Shown here in pieces: positions 12,881 to 27,245 of a DNA stretch of 64,000 nucleotides. The first letter of the stretch is position 1. Every line of letters begins with the position of its first letter. The stretch comes from the human T2T-CHM13v2.0 reference genome, Homo sapiens. Where the stretch lies: the NCBI RefSeq assembly GCF_009914755.1, contig NC_060932.1; one strand, given 5' to 3'. Under the pieces are notes generated by a model. The model was not told the DNA's origin, ran no database searches, and saw nothing but the letters and a program-made list of their open reading frames with translations. A program made the translations under genes and the position numbers.

Positions 12881-13664
12881 GCCAGGATTCCTCCTTGCAA
12901 GCTTATAAACTTTTCTTAAAACTCTTATTTACATTTCAATGACATTTGAGGAAAGAACCAGAGCATATTTGTCCAACCACCATCTTGGCCAAGAATTCCC
13001 TTTTCTTTCTTGATAGTGTTGGCGCTAGAGCATAACTTGCAAAATTATGTAATAACTAAATAATTGTTGAGTGAATAAATGATTAATAGAAGGAATCTAA
13101 GAAGTTAAAAAGGATTATCCTTACTACTTATTTGTGTTTTCTTTAGGAGGGGTTTTACTTTAAATCCAATGCCAAAGTGTCTGAAAGTCCTTAAGAACTT
13201 ATTGAATGGCTCATTTGTTGCTGAGAACAATGATTTGGTTAAATGGAATGAAAGGCTTTAAGAATCTCCCATTTTTTTACTGGCAATACCTGGCACAACT
13301 CAGAACCATAAAACATCTTTTTTATAAAAGTTGATAGTACTGAAGGTACGTCATATTTGATATGGATATGAATGTTCTAAAAAGTTGCATAAATATGAGA
13401 TTATGAACAATTTCTCTTTCACTTTATACTACTTTATCATTTTTCAACTAAATTATCGCTAAGAATTTCAGAGTTTAGTCTTTCATATTTTGAGGAACTG
13501 AGAGAGTTTAATGAGGAGAAGACCAACTGAACAGAGACCCTGAATTATAGTTTGATTCGAGGGATTATGAGAGCCCTTTAGAGACAACATTGGACCTAGC
13601 AATTGGCGCAGTCCGGGGAAGCGGGGCTCTTTACAGGCAAGACATCTCATGCTGGACATTTAGC

Positions 13665-14820
13665 CAGTCCTCTCTGGAAATTCATGACTTTTTTTGGAAA
13701 CTTTTCTTCAATTATTTGTTGATAATCTTTTCCCTTCCATATTTTGTGTCCTTTGCCTTTCGATGGGAATTTATGTCACTTAAATATTGGGTATTCTGGA
13801 CTGTTCTTCTATTTCTTGACTTTTCTACTTTCTATTTGTTAATTTTTTTACTCTACTTTCAGAGAGGTTTCTTAAAATTTTGTCTTCTAATCTTTCTATT
13901 GAATTTTTCGCTTGTGCACTTATGTTTCTGATATTGAATATATTTTGTTGTTGTTTGAGTTTTCTGCATTAAAGCAACCTGTTCATGGTTTCTGCATGTT
14001 ACAAATAGCTTTGTTTTGATTTTTCTCCCTGCATAGTGTTTCCTCCAAGTTGCTTTAGATATTTTGTTGTTTGTTTGTTTTGATCTTTATGGCAGGAGCC
14101 TTTCCACAGGTTTTTCTCATCTTTGACTTTCTATGCATTCCTGTAAGTAAGGGATTTAAAGCCTGATTGCTCCTGATAAACACATGATGGGACTTCTCCA
14201 CTCTGAGCTACATTGTAAGTTGACCTGTGTGAGTATTTTATTGGGGAATCCCAATAGTTTTTGTCTTTATCTTTTCTGCTGTAGAGTGGATCAAATTACC
14301 CAGGAAAGACTTCTAATTTCTATCTACAGGAAGGGGTCTAGAAGCCAGCTCCAAGTAGAAGAAAGAGCTGGGGGTGTTTGCATTCAGTATTCAGTATGCA
14401 TCTGATGATGAATCCCCATGTTGTCAGTATGGTACATACACACAACTGTGTGTAGCATTCCCCAGCTGAAGATCTTATTTTCCCTTTCTAGTGAATACAT
14501 CTCCAGATTTTTAGGGGAGGAGGGACATGCAGCAGTGAAACATCAGATATATATTTGGTTCTCAGACATATTCTACCTAAGCTGCCAGAGTTCAGAACCA
14601 CTCCCTTCGTCTTCCTTCTAAAAGTAATGGATACTTTCAATGATTCTGCAAGTGTAAATTGGGTTTGTCCCTACCCTTCCCTACTGATGGCAGTTTCCAT
14701 TCATTCGTTTATAGTTTCCGAAACTGTGCCCTTTACTGCTCCTGATTTCCCCATCCTTGTGGTTTATATTTTTAAGAATATACACCCCTTTGCTATCATT
14801 TTTGTAAGTATGTCCCAGTA
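13665..14820 (-). mobile_element. Ancient L1M/HAL1-like fragment
   Basis: Same class of T-rich decayed L1 text (ctctggaaattc..., ttttgtcttctaatctttctattgaattttt); accounts for the Phe/Leu-rich ORFs here. Confidence 0.5.
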
Positions 14821-14859
14821 ATCTATCTTAATGAAAGACTAAAATGGCATATTTTTAAT

Positions 14860-15233
14860 ATTTACTTATTTATTATTTTTATTTTTCCATAAGTTATTGG
14901 GATACAGGTGGTATTTGGTTATATGAGTAAGTTCTTTAGTGGTGATTTGTGAGATTTTAGTGCACTCGTCACCCAAGCAGTATACACTTCACCATATTTG
15001 TAGTCTTTCATCCCTTGCTCCCCTCCCACTCTTCCTCCCAAGTCCCCAAAGTTCATTGTATCATTCATATGCCTTTGCATCCTCATAGCTTAGCTCCCAC
15101 ATATCAGTGAGAACGTACGACATTTGAGTGTCCATTCCTGAGTTACTTCACTTAGAATAATAGTCTCCAATCTCATCCAGGTCACTGCAAATGCTGTTAA
15201 TTCATCCCTTTTTATGGCTGCATAGTATTCCAT

Positions 15234-15277
<44 letters not shown>

Positions 15278-18200
15278 TATATATAAAACACAGTCTCCTT
15301 ATCCACTCATTGATTGATGAGCATTTTGGTTGGATCCACAATTTTGCAATTGTGAATTGTGCTGCTATAAATAGGTGTGTGCAAGTATCTTTTTCAAATA
15401 ATGACTTGTTTTCCTCTGTGTACATACCCAGTAGTGGGATTGTTGAATAAAATGGTAGTTCTACTTTTAGTTATTTAAGGAATCTCCACACTGTTTTCCA
15501 TAGAGGCTGTACTAGTTTACTTTCCCACCATCAGTGTAGCAGTGTTTCCTGTTCGCCACACTCACACCAACATCTACTGTTTTTTGATTTTTTGATTATG
15601 GCCATTCTTGCAGGAGTAAGGTAGTATCATATTGTGGTTTTGATTTGCATTTCCTGATCATTAGTGATGTTGAGCATTTTTTCATATGTTTGTTGGCCAC
15701 TTGTATATCTTTTGAGAATTGTCTATCCATGTCCTTAGCCCACTTTTTGATGGGATTCTTTGTTTTTTTCTTACTGATTTGTTTGAGTTCATTGTAGATT
15801 CTGGATGTTGGTCCTTTCTCAGATGTATAGATTGTGAAGATTTTCTCCCACTCTTTGGGTTTTCTATTAACTCTGCTGACTGTTCCTTTTGCTATGCAAA
15901 AGATCTTTAGTTTAATTAAGTCCCAGCTATTTATCTTTGTTTTTGATGCATTTGCTTTTGGGTCCTCCATCATGAAATCCTCGCCAAAGCCAATGTCTAG
16001 AAAGATTCTTCCAGTGTTATCTCCTAGAATTTTTATAGTTTCAGGTCTTAGGTTTAAGTCCCTAATCCAGCTTGAGTTGATTTTTGTATAAGCTGAGAAA
16101 TGAGGATTCAGATTTATTTGCCTATATGTGGCTAGCCAGTTACCGAGCACCATTTGTTGAAAAGGGTGTCCTTTCCCCACTTCATGTTTTTGTTTGTTTT
16201 GTCAAAGACCAGTTGGCTGTACATATTTGGGTTTATTTATGGGTTCTCTATTCTGTTCCATTGGTCTATGTGCCTATTTTTATACTGGTACCATACTGTT
16301 TTGGTAACTATGGCCTTACAGTATAGTTTGAAATCAGGTAGTGTGATGCCTCCAGATTTGTTCTTTTTGCTTAGTCTTGCTTTGGCTATGCGGGCTCTTT
16401 TTTGGTACCATATGAAGTTTAGAACTGTTTTATCTAATTCTGTGAGGAATGATGTGGTATTTTGATGGGAATTGCATTGAATTTGTATATTGCTTTTGTC
16501 AGTATGGCCACTTTCACAGCATTGATTCTACCCTTCCATGAGCATGGGATGTGTTTCCATTTGTTTATGTTGTCTATGATTTCTTTCAGCAGTGTTTTGT
16601 AGTTTTCTTCATAGAAGTCCATCAACCCCTTAGTTAGGTATATTCCTAATTATTTTATTTTTTGCAGCTATTGTAAAAGGGTTGACTTCTTGATTTGAGT
16701 CTCCAGTTGGTCACTATTGATGTATAGAAGAGCTACTGATTTGTGTACATGAATCTTGTATCCGGAAACTATGCTGAATTCTTTTATCAGTTCTAGGAGC
16801 TTGCTGGAGGAGTCCTTAGGGTTTTCAAGGTAAATGATCATATCCTCAGCAAACAATGACAGTTTGACTTCCTCTTTACCAATTTGGATGCCTTTTATTT
16901 CTTTCTCTTCTCTGATTGCTCTGGCTAGGACTTCCAGTACTATGTTGAAGAGGAGTGGTGAGAGTGGACATCCTTGTCTTGTTCCAGTTCCCAGAGGGAA
17001 TGCTTTCAACTTTTTCCCATTCAGTATTATGTTGGCTGTGGGTTTGCCATAGATGGCTTTTATTACATTAAGGTATGTCCCTTGTATGCAGATTTTGATG
17101 AGAGTTATAATCATAAAGCGATGCTGGATTATGTCAAATGCTTCTTCTGCATCTATTGAGATGATCGTTTGATTTTGATTTTTAATTCTGTTTACTTGGT
17201 GTATCCTGTTTGTCAACTTGCATGTGTTAAACCATCCCTGCATCCCTGGTGTGAAACCCACTTGATCATGGTGGATTATCTTTTTGATATATTGTTGGAT
17301 TCAGTTAGCTAGTATTTTATTAAGGATTTTAGCATCATGTTCATCAAGGATATCAATCTGTAGTTTTCTTTTCTGGCTATGTCCTTTCCTAGATTCAGTA
17401 TAAGGGTGATGCTGGCTTCATAGAATGAATTAGGCAGGATTCCTTCTTTCTCCATCTTGTGGAATAGTGTCGAAAGGATTGGTCCAATTCTTCTTTGAAT
17501 GGCTGGTAGAATTCAGCTGTGAATCCATCTGGTCCTGGACTTTCCTTTGCTGGTAATTTTTAAATTACCATTTCAATCTCGCTACTTGTTATTTGTCTCT
17601 TCAGGGTATCCAATTCTTCCTGATTTAAGCTAGAAGGGTTGTATTTTTCCAGGAATTTATCCATCTCGTCTACGTTTTCTAGTTTATGTGTGTAAAGGTG
17701 TTCATAGTAGCCTTGAATTACCTTTTGTATTTCAGTGGTGTCAGTTGTAATATCCACCGTTTTGTTTCTTAGTGAGGTTATTTGGATTTTCTCTCTTCTT
17801 TTCTTGGTTTATCTTGTTAATGGTCTCTCAATTTTATTTATCCTTTCAAAGAACCAACATTTTGTTTCATTTATCTTTTGTATTTATTTTTTGTTTCAAT
17901 TTCATTTAGTTCTGCTCTGATCTTTGTTATTTCCTTTCTTCTGCTGGGTTTGGATTTGGTTTGCTCTTGTTTCTCTAGTTCCTTGATTTGTGACCTTGGA
18001 ACGTTAGTTTTTGCTCTTTCATTCTTTTTGATGTAGGCATTTAGGGCTATGAACTTTCCTCTTAGCACCGCCTTTGCTGTATTCCAGAGTTTTTGATAGG
18101 TTGTGTCATTGTTGTTGTTCAGTTGGAAGAATTTTTACATTTCTATCTTGATTTTATTTTTGACCCAAAGCTCATTCAGGATCAGATTACTAAATTTCCA

Positions 18201-21200
18201 TGTATTTGTATTGTTTTGAAGGTTCCTTTTAGAGTTGATTTCCAGTTTCATTCCACTGTGGTCTGAGAGAGTGCTTGTTATAATTTCCATTTTCTTAAAT
18301 TTACTGAAGCTCGTTTTATGGCCTATGATATGGTCTGTCTTGGAGATTGTTCCATGTGCTGTTGAATGGAATGTGTATTCTGTGGTTGTTGGATGGAATC
18401 TTCTGTATATATCTGTTAAGTCCATTTGTTCCAAGGTGTAGTTTAAATCATTATTTCTTTGTTGACTTTCTGTCTTGATGACCTGTCTAGTGCTGTCATG
18501 GAGTATGGGAATCCTCCACTATTATTTGTTGCTGTCTATCTCATTTCTTAGGTCTATTAGTAATTGTTTTACAAATTTGGGAACTCCAGTGTTAGGTGCA
18601 TATATGTTTAGGGTTTTGATATTTTCCTGTTGGACAAGGCCTTTTACCATTATATAATGTCCCTCTTTTTCTCTCTTAACCACTATTGCTTTAAAGTTTG
18701 TTTTACCTAATATAAGAATAGCTACCCCTGCTCGCTTTTAGTGTCCATTTGCATGAAATGCCTTTTTCTACCCCTTTATTTTAAGTTCATGTGAGTCCTT
18801 ATGTGTTACTTGAGTCTCCCTAAGGCACCAAATGGTTGGTGAGTTCTTATCCATTCTGTGGTTCTGTATCTTTTAAGTGGAGCATTTAGGACATTTACAT
18901 TCAATGTTAGTATTAAAGTATGAGGTATTGTTGTATTCATCATGCTCTTCATTGCCTGTGTACTTTGTTTCTTTTTCTTTTTTGTTTTTGTTTTTAACTT
19001 GTATTTTTGTTTGATAGGTCCTGTGTGATTTATGCTTTAAAGAGGTTCTGTTTTGATGTGTTTCCTAGATTGGTTTCAAGATTTGTTCCTTTCAGCAGTT
19101 CTTGTAGTGGTGGCTTGGTAATGGTAAATTCTTTCAGCATTTGTTTGTTTGAAAAGACTGTATCTTTCCTTCATATAGGATGCTTAGTTTTGCTGGATAA
19201 AAAATTCTTGGCTGATAATTGTTTTGTTTGAGAAGGCTGAAGATAGGCCCCCAACCTCTTCTAGCTTGTAGGGTTCCTACCGAGAAATCTGCAGTTAATC
19301 TGACAGGTTTTCCTTTATAGGTTACCTGGTACTTCTGTCTCACAGCTGTAAAGATTCTTTCTTTCATCTCAACTTTGGATAACCTGATGACAATGTGCTA
19401 GGCAAAGATCTTTTTGCAATGAATTTCCCAGTTGTTCTTTGTGCTTCTTGTATTTGGATGTCTAGGTCTCTAGAAAGGCTGGGGAGGTTTTCCTCGATTA
19501 TTCCCCCAAATATGTTTTCCACGGTTTTAGAATTCTCTTTTTCCTCAGGAACACCGATTATTCTTAGGTTTGGTCATTTAACATAATCCCAGACTTCTTG
19601 GAGGCTTTGTTTGTATATTCTTATTTTTCTTTCTTTGTCTTTGTTGGATTGGGTTAATTGGAAGACCTTGTCTTTGAGCTCTGAATTTCTTTCTTCTATT
19701 TGTTCAGTTCTATTGCTGAGACTTTCCAGAGCATTTTGCAATTCTAAAAGTGCATCCAAAGTTTCCTGAATTGTTTATTGTTTTTTCTTTAAGCTATCTA
19801 TTTCTTTGAATATTTCTCCCTTCACTTCTTGTAACATTTTTTGGATTTCCTTGCATTGGACTTCACCTTTCTCTGGTCCCTCCCTGATTAGCTTAATAAC
19901 TAACCTCCTGAATTCTTTTTCAGGTAAATCATGCATTTCTTCTTGGTTTGGATCCATTGCTGGTGAACTAGTGTGATTTTTTGGGAGCGTTAAATAGCCT
20001 TGTTTTTCATATTACCAGGGTTGGTTTTCTGGTCTCTTCCATTTGGGTAGCCTCTGTAAGAGGGAATGTCTAGGGCTGAAGGCTGTTGTTCAGATTATTT
20101 TGTCCCACGGGGTGTTCCCTTGATGAAGTACTCTTCCCCTTTTCCTATGGATGTGGCTTCCTGTGAGCTGAAATGCAGTGATTGTTGTCTCTCTTCTGGG
20201 CCTAGCTACCCAGTAAGTCTACCCAGCTCTGGGCTGGTACTGGGGGTTGTCTGCACAAAGTCCTGTGATGTGAACCATCTATGGGTTTCTCAGCCATGGA
20301 TACCAGTGCTTGTTCTGGTAGAGGTGGTGGGAGGTTCAGTGGACTCTGTGAGGGTTCTTAGTTTTGGTGGTTTAATGCTCTATTTTTGTGCGGTTGGCCT
20401 CCTGCGAGGAGGTGGCACTTTCCAGAGAATATCAGCTATGGTAGTATGGGTAGGAACTGGCAGTGGGCAGGGCCCTAGAACTCCCAAGATTATATGCCCT
20501 TTGTCTTCTGCTACCAGGGTGGGTAGGGAAGGACCATCAGGTGGGGGTTGGGGTAGGTGTGTCTGAGTTCAGACTGTCCTTGGGCAGGTCTTGCTGTGGC
20601 TGCTGTGGAGGATGGGGGTAAGATTCACAGGTCACTGAAGTTGTGTACCTAGGAGGATTATGGCTGCCTCTGCTGAGTCATGCAGGTTATCAGGGAAGTG
20701 GGGGAAAGCCAGCAATCACAGGCCTCACCCAGCTCCCACACAAACCAAAGAGCTGGTCTCACTCCCAGCGTGCACCACCCTGCCAACAGCCCTGATTGTG
20801 TTTCCAGGCAGAGGGCTTGAAAACTTGCCCCAGACTACCCACCTCTCAGCCTTGAAAGAAAAGGGCTTGGTTCTTCCCTGTGAAGTCTGCACACTGGGTT
20901 TGTGCCCTCCCCTGAGTTTTGGCCAGGAGGTTTCTCACCCCATTCAAATTATTACAAAGCTCAACTAGAGATTTCCTTCTCCCTGTGGGATTTTACTCCC
21001 TGCTTCCCTGGCCACTCTCCTGACAGATCCCTGTGGTGCCAGGCAGGAATGGCCTGCTAGGGAACCCAGCCAGTTCCCAGGGCCTTTCTGCTGCTCCCTC
21101 TACCACTGTATTTCACTTGGCTCTCTAAACTGACTCGGCTCCAAGTAAAGTCGGAAACTTCTCCCACAAACAGAACCTCAGCTTCTCCAGTGGGAGTGTG

Positions 21201-21330
21201 TGTTCGGTAGAGGAGAGTTTCCCTTTCCTGTCTCCAGAGTGGGGGCACTCACAGTATTTGGGTTGTCTCCTGGGTCATGCAGGAGCAGTCTGCTTCCTTC
21301 AGAGGGTCTATGGGTCCTTTTGGGATTGCT
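14860..21330 (-). mobile_element. Near-full-length inactive L1 (L1PB1-like 3' end, L1PBa-type 5'UTR), about 6.5 kb
   Basis: Minus-strand ORF fragments in the correct order: ORF1 (19134-19957), endonuclease (18135-18434, TDIYR.FHP...SDH), RT (16668-17261, QGCPLSP...FAED), C-terminus (15596-16180, 15090-15425). Many stops and frameshifts; 3'UTR begins tttccataagttattggg. Confidence 0.95.
15245..15271. repeat. (CA)n microsatellite inside the L1PB 3' region
   Basis: Direct reading. Confidence 0.95.
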
Positions 21331-22634
21331 TGCACCTGAGGTCTGAGTAAGGAGCAGGGAGACCTTGGGTAGTGCAGGGCTCCCACCAGGGTGCACACAC
21401 ACTTGGGGTCCGCTGTCAGCTTCTTGGTTTTTATTTTTGACTCTCATAGCATATGACAAAAGCTTGCACGTAGTAGACACTTACCTGGTATTTGTAGGAT
21501 TGAATAAATGAATATTTTAAACACATCCAAAACGTAGAACTACAGCATTTGCACATGCTACAGATTTATGCCTTTAACAAATTAATGAAATTAAATGTCT
21601 CTTTCCTCCTCCAGTAATGCAACATATAGATAACTTCATCAGTTTAAAAAATCTATATTGCAAAAAGTTAACAATAATTTGAGTGAGCATTTTATCTATC
21701 CCTGTGTTCTTATCTATCCAACAAACACTTATTGAGCAACAACAATGTCACTAATAAACACCAAGATTAATGTTTGCGTTTTGTTATACAACATGTCTAT
21801 TATAAACTGGACATCATTCAATTAGTAAAAAAGTCCCTTCAATAAATTTTTATATATTGAGACTTGTTATTTCTCAAATCAAGAACAGATTGAAGTAAAC
21901 ATTTCTATGGTTTATGTGTCACTAAATAGAACTTTGATATATAGACTCTCACATTCTATTACTAAATTTAATAATGCAAATGGAGTTTTAGTTTATTGCT
22001 TCTGTATAAATTTCATTAGGTTTCTGAGGAAGCTGTAAAGCTAATTGTAATGTATTTGGAATTTGGTTAGAAACAGGTTGCTTTTATTAATAGTTTTTTC
22101 AACCAGAATTATATAAAACCACTAGATTGTGATAGATCAGATTCAATTTATCCAGATAGTATAATATTTCCTTAAGGATGTAACATTAGAGATGTAACAT
22201 AATTTTTGTATTGGATGTTTCATCGATAAAAGTTTATGGATCAGCAGGCAATATAATTTGCCATACCTCTCCATTTTTCATTTCAGAAATAAATCATTGC
22301 TTGTACAAGAGTATGACTTTTTTATGTTACAGTTTCACAGACTGTAATTGGTTCTGATTTATCTTAAAAAGTGTAAGATTTATATTCAGATAGGTTTATT
22401 GAAGTGTAAATCTTTAAAGGATGACAGCATTATTTTTAATGTATATGATATTTTTAAAAAGTAAAATAACATACTAGGGTACCTAACTCAAAAATAGAGG
22501 GGACTTCATTGAAATAAAAAAGAAAAAAAAATACAGGAGACTGCTTTTCTTAGCTATAAATCTTTGTATTTATTTGATCTTTTATATCATATGTATGTTA
22601 TTTATTAAAATTAAAAATTAATAGGAAATAAAGT

Positions 22635-22990
22635 AGCTAATACCTATTGAGCACTTTCTAAAAGCCAGAAAATCTGCTAAACACTTTATATGGGTTGTCC
22701 CATTTAATCCTCAAAATAGCCCTATACATTATTGTTCTTCACATTTTATAGATTAGAAAAATACCAAGGCTTAATATAAAAAATAATAGAATAAGATAGT
22801 CATGTTAACAATAGTTAATATTTAATGAATACAAGCTATGTTTAGGGCACTGTTCTAAGTGTTTCATGTGTATTATACTATTTGAGCCTCACTACAAGTA
22901 TGAAATAGGTGCAATTTTTCTTTTTTTACAAATGATCCAAAAATCACAGGGCCAAAATTCAAACACAAGCACCTGCATTCACAGCTTGTG
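22635..22990 (-). mobile_element. Two adjacent MIR fragments
   Basis: tattgagcact...catttaatcctcaaaatagccctat...cattttatagat, with a second copy near 22815-22990. Confidence 0.65.
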
Positions 22991-23087
22991 CTAAAATACG
23001 ATGCTTGGATCACTTGCAAAACTTTATGCTACAAGTATGAGAAACTCTGACACAAAATGCCTCCAACATTAAGGTCATTAACAGTGC

Positions 23088-23464
23088 TGTTTGTTTAGTT
23101 AATTCTTGCACTGCTATAAAGACCTGAGACTGTGTAATTTTTAAAGAAAAGAGGTTGAATTAGCTCACAGTTCTGCAGGCTGTACAGATAGCATGGGTGG
23201 GGAGGCCTCAGGAGACTTTCAATCATGGTGAAAGGTAATGGGGAAGCAGGTACATTATCAAATGGCAGCAGAGGAGAGAGAGAGAAGTAGGAGGTGCTAT
23301 ACACTTTTAAACAACCAAATCTCAGGAGAACTTACTATCACAAGAACAGCAAGAGGGAAGTCCACCCCCATGATCCAGTAACCTCCCATGAAGACCCTCC
23401 TCCAACATTGGAGATTACAGTTCAATATGAGATTTGGGTGGGGACACAAATCGAAACCATATCA
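23088..23464 (-). mobile_element. MST (MSTA-like) MaLR solo LTR
   Basis: ctcacagttctgcaggctgtacag...gagatttgggtggggacacaaatcgaaaccatatca; flanks agtgc/agggc are an imperfect 5-bp TSD. Confidence 0.9.
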
Positions 23465-23709
23465 AGGGCACATCACAAAGTCCAGAAGTAGTGCCAGTGT
23501 CCAGGTTGACTAATGTGATAATGTCATAAAAAACCTAGGTTCTTCCCATGTCTCTGTTTAGCTTCTCTGCTCCTTGTGGGCTTTCAATTAAAGCAAGCTA
23601 TTTAAACTTATTGACCCTAAATATATTCAAATGTAACTGAGAATGACAGCCTTTCAGTGTTGGTGCAAGACTGGAAACAGGAAGACTGCATCATTTCCAA
23701 GGGTTCATA

Positions 23710-23850
23710 TCTCAGTACCTCAGTTTCCTCATCTGCAAGGTCAACATAATGATATTATCTATGCTGTCGGTGTTGTGAGGATTAAGTTGAGATACATAAA
23801 GTGCTAACAACTGTGTCTGTCACACTGTAAGTGCTACAGATACATTTGTT
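23710..23850 (+). mobile_element. MIR
   Basis: MIR core cctcagtttcctcatctgcaa...tgttgtgaggattaa. Confidence 0.8.
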
Positions 23851-25001
23851 GTTGTCATTGTTACGTTATTGTGACAATGTCAAGAAGAAATTATGGCACT
23901 GCCTTAGATGTGGATTTAATTAAATTGCTGCCTGGTGGGAGTTGGATTTCAAGCCAATTCCTGAAGAAGTCACCTAATGGGATAATAGGTTTACCCTTAG
24001 ACCAACAGCTGGGACACTCTGGAGCTGAGGGTAGAGTCACCTTTTCTGAGGCACAAGGCCATGCAGGGATGGGGCATAAAAGGAGCAGGGTGGCAACAAC
24101 CTTTCCTGTCTGCTATGAAGATGACATAAAGGCACTTAGCACAGGGGTGTTTAGAGAACAGGGAGCAAGGCAGCATTCTTGGAGCAAGTTTGCCTTCCAT
24201 CCCTGCCATGGAACTGCTATTTGCTTGAAACACTTATTCCTCATTTAAAAAATGGAACATCACTCAAGGTTGTTTTGACTGAATGAGTGTAGATCCTGTT
24301 CCTCCTTTTCTACTTCCATGGTGTCCCTCCTGTAGCTGCACAGTCAATGAACCTCCCAATAAGAAGACACCCCTTTCCACAGCCCTTTTTTGTCAATGAT
24401 ACACAAGACACCATGCTTTCCTGCCAGGCCCTACAAACAAGTGAAAATGATAATACGTGTCATCCCGACTTTAGAGAATGGTTTTAAGAATCAAATATGA
24501 TAATATATGTGAATAAATGTTCTTTAAACCTGTAAGACTGTATATAGCAGTGAAGGATAGGGGTTAATTTACACCTACAAGATTTCTGATCTATCTGCTA
24601 GGGTGCTTCATTAGCCTTTTCTGATAATGGATTCATGACAGTTGTACATTAGAAGCTATGTGGATCACTAACCCATGACACTGACATCTTAGTTATAAAA
24701 GTGAGCAATTTTATAGAACACATATTAGCGAGAACATTAACAAAATGATCAGAATTTGATGTTTCCTAATGGGCCATTATATCCTTTTTGTTCTTTATTT
24801 TTAAAGTAGGTTAAAAAATACATGAATCTGTGGCAGAGAGATTAATATCATTCTAAAGAGCTGGCATCAGAACATTAATAGATATACAGAGTTTCTCCCT
24901 TTGACCTGGAAACTGGAATTCTGAGAAGAAAAAAAAAAACAAACAAAACAAAACTTAGAGAATAACAGCTGTCAGGAATTACCTCTCAAGAAATCCAAAC
25001 T

Positions 25002-25130
25002 GCCAGCCATGGTAGCTCACATCTATAATCCCAGCACTTATGAGATGAGGTGGGAGGATCACTTGAGGCCAGGAGTTCAAGACTAACCTGGGCAACATAG
25101 CAAGACCCTGTATCTTTTAAAAAAATAAAA
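25002..25130 (+). mobile_element. Free left Alu monomer (FLAM-like)
   Basis: Single Alu arm with A tail; flanks aaatccaaac / aaacccaacc. Confidence 0.85.
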
Positions 25131-26077
25131 CCCAACCAAAATTTACCTAAACATTAACATTTGTTACTGAAGATATGCCTGATATCCTAAATTACCAAAG
25201 CAGCTACATCAATGACTGAATTATCATAGTTTCAATTCTACCTTAAAAATTACTATGTGAAAGGGCTTTCGATCAAGAAGTAGCATGAATGTTATAGCAA
25301 ACAAGGGCTTGACTAGAGCTGAAAAGAGTTTCATACCCAGAATGTAGAGTGTGAAGAGGTCACAATTCAGTAAGTAATCATGTGGCTTCTATTGCTGAGT
25401 AGTCACAGTTATTTATAGAAAGAATATTCATTTTCTATTTAAAGTATTCTTTAATATTTTGGAACTACTTCACTTATTTTCCTACAAGTATCAGGATATT
25501 AACTATAACATATTAAGCTTCTCAAATTTGGAAGGTGACTTTTTTTATGTCTGCCTATGCTTTATGTGTTGCTTTCATCAATTAGTGACGTCTGCCTATA
25601 AGACTGGTATTGTAACACAGGAGACTTTGAATAAAACCAAAGTTGTGTGGCTTATTGTGTTTTATATGCTTTATTGTAATTAAGGGTTTTTTTTTTTACA
25701 GTAGCAAGTAATGAATAATCATTATCCAGCTAATTTGATCAAGTGCTAATTTTGAATTCTAAATTGGTCAAATTAATGTTTAAAAGTGTTCAGTATTAAT
25801 ATATGCACATATTGAGATTCTTATTAAACAAGTATTTAGTTTTATTATTTGTTATGTATGTCTGTTTCAGTATGACTATAGAAAATAAACCTTATGAATA
25901 GATTTTTGAATCTTTTTAATTTACTAGACAATAGTTCCCAAAAAATCTTTGTGATGGTGAATCAGATGGCAAAAATGATAGGTGTAAGAACAAAGTATAT
26001 GGCTTTTTGAGAACATGACTGCCTTTAGGTTATTTCTTAGCGTCCTTAACCATAGGTAAATCACTTGGTTAGTATGG

Positions 26078-26437
26078 TGTATCAGTCCATTCTCACACTG
26101 CTGATAAAGACACACTTGAGACTGGGCAATTCACAAAAGAAAGAGGTTTAATTGGACTTACAGTTCCATGTGGCTAGGGAAATTCTCACAATCATGGTGG
26201 AGGGTGAAAGGCACTTCTTACATGGTGGTGGCAAGAGAGAATGAGGAAGAAAAAGTGGAAACCCCTAATAAACCTGTCAGATCTCATGAGACTTATTCAC
26301 CATCACGAGAATAGCATGAGAAAGACAAGCCCCCATGATTCAATTACCTCCCACTGGGTCCCTCCCACAACACGTGGGAATTCTGGGAGATACAATTCAA
26401 GTTGAGATTTGGGTGGGGGCACAGCCAAACCATATCA
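26078..26437 (-). mobile_element. THE1 (A/B-like) MaLR solo LTR
   Basis: TG...CA bounded 360-bp THE1 text with perfect TSD TATGG (26073-26077, 26438-26442). Confidence 0.95.
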
Positions 26438-27074
26438 TATGGCATACTACTTGTAAAACAACCTTATCAATAAAGGCTGAGATAAACAGAAGGATTATTT
26501 ATTATATAACTGTGAAGTTAACTGTACATATTTAATAGTATGTAATTCCCCAGTACTTTGTTTCCAGAATCACATCTAAGGGACACCAGGTTAATTGACT
26601 AAATTCCAAGACAGTCAAATCATTATTTGTTGATGATTTTTTAAAATACATTTCAATTCACCTTGCTAATTCATGTATCTTTTTTCCTTAATTTATTAAA
26701 CTAATTTATCTGTGTAAGCACAGTATTATTTATATGAATATTGTTCTTTTTAACACATCATTTAAAATATTCAATTGTGGTAAAACCATTTTTTCAAAGT
26801 AGCTTAGCAGAACACAGACAAGGAGGCAACCAATTCTTGATTCCAATGTCAAGTCTCATTGGCTGTCATCTAGAGCAAATTTATATCTATTTTTAACCAT
26901 TTTCTTTGCTATATTCCTTTACTTTTTTTTTTATAATGTACTTCCTCACTCTAAGATATTCATTTTGGTTTTCTCTAATTCTTTTATAGTTTACATTTTA
27001 TGTTTAACTCTTTAATATATGTGGAATTGATCATTTTATTTTAAAGTATACATGTTGTTTTATTTAAGACCAAA

Positions 27075-27245
27075 TAATTCATTCAATAAATATTTATTAC
27101 CTGCTCATTATATATCTGACCCTGTGGTAGGCATCGCACATAAATAGATGATTTCATGCTAGCTCTTGAGAGATGTAAAATCAGCGGGCAACACAGGCTA
27201 CGAAAAGATAAATTACACTACAGTGTGGAAAGGTCCAAAGAGTAA
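27075..27245 (-). mobile_element. L2 3' end
   Basis: attcattcaataaatatttatt...cctgtggtaggcat. Confidence 0.55.

Noticed and set aside
15090-19957. Many minus-strand ORFs resembling endonuclease, reverse transcriptase and ORF1p
   Set aside because: Fragments of one dead L1PB with many stops and frameshifts; the RT catalytic motif reads FAED instead of FADD. Not a novel RT system.
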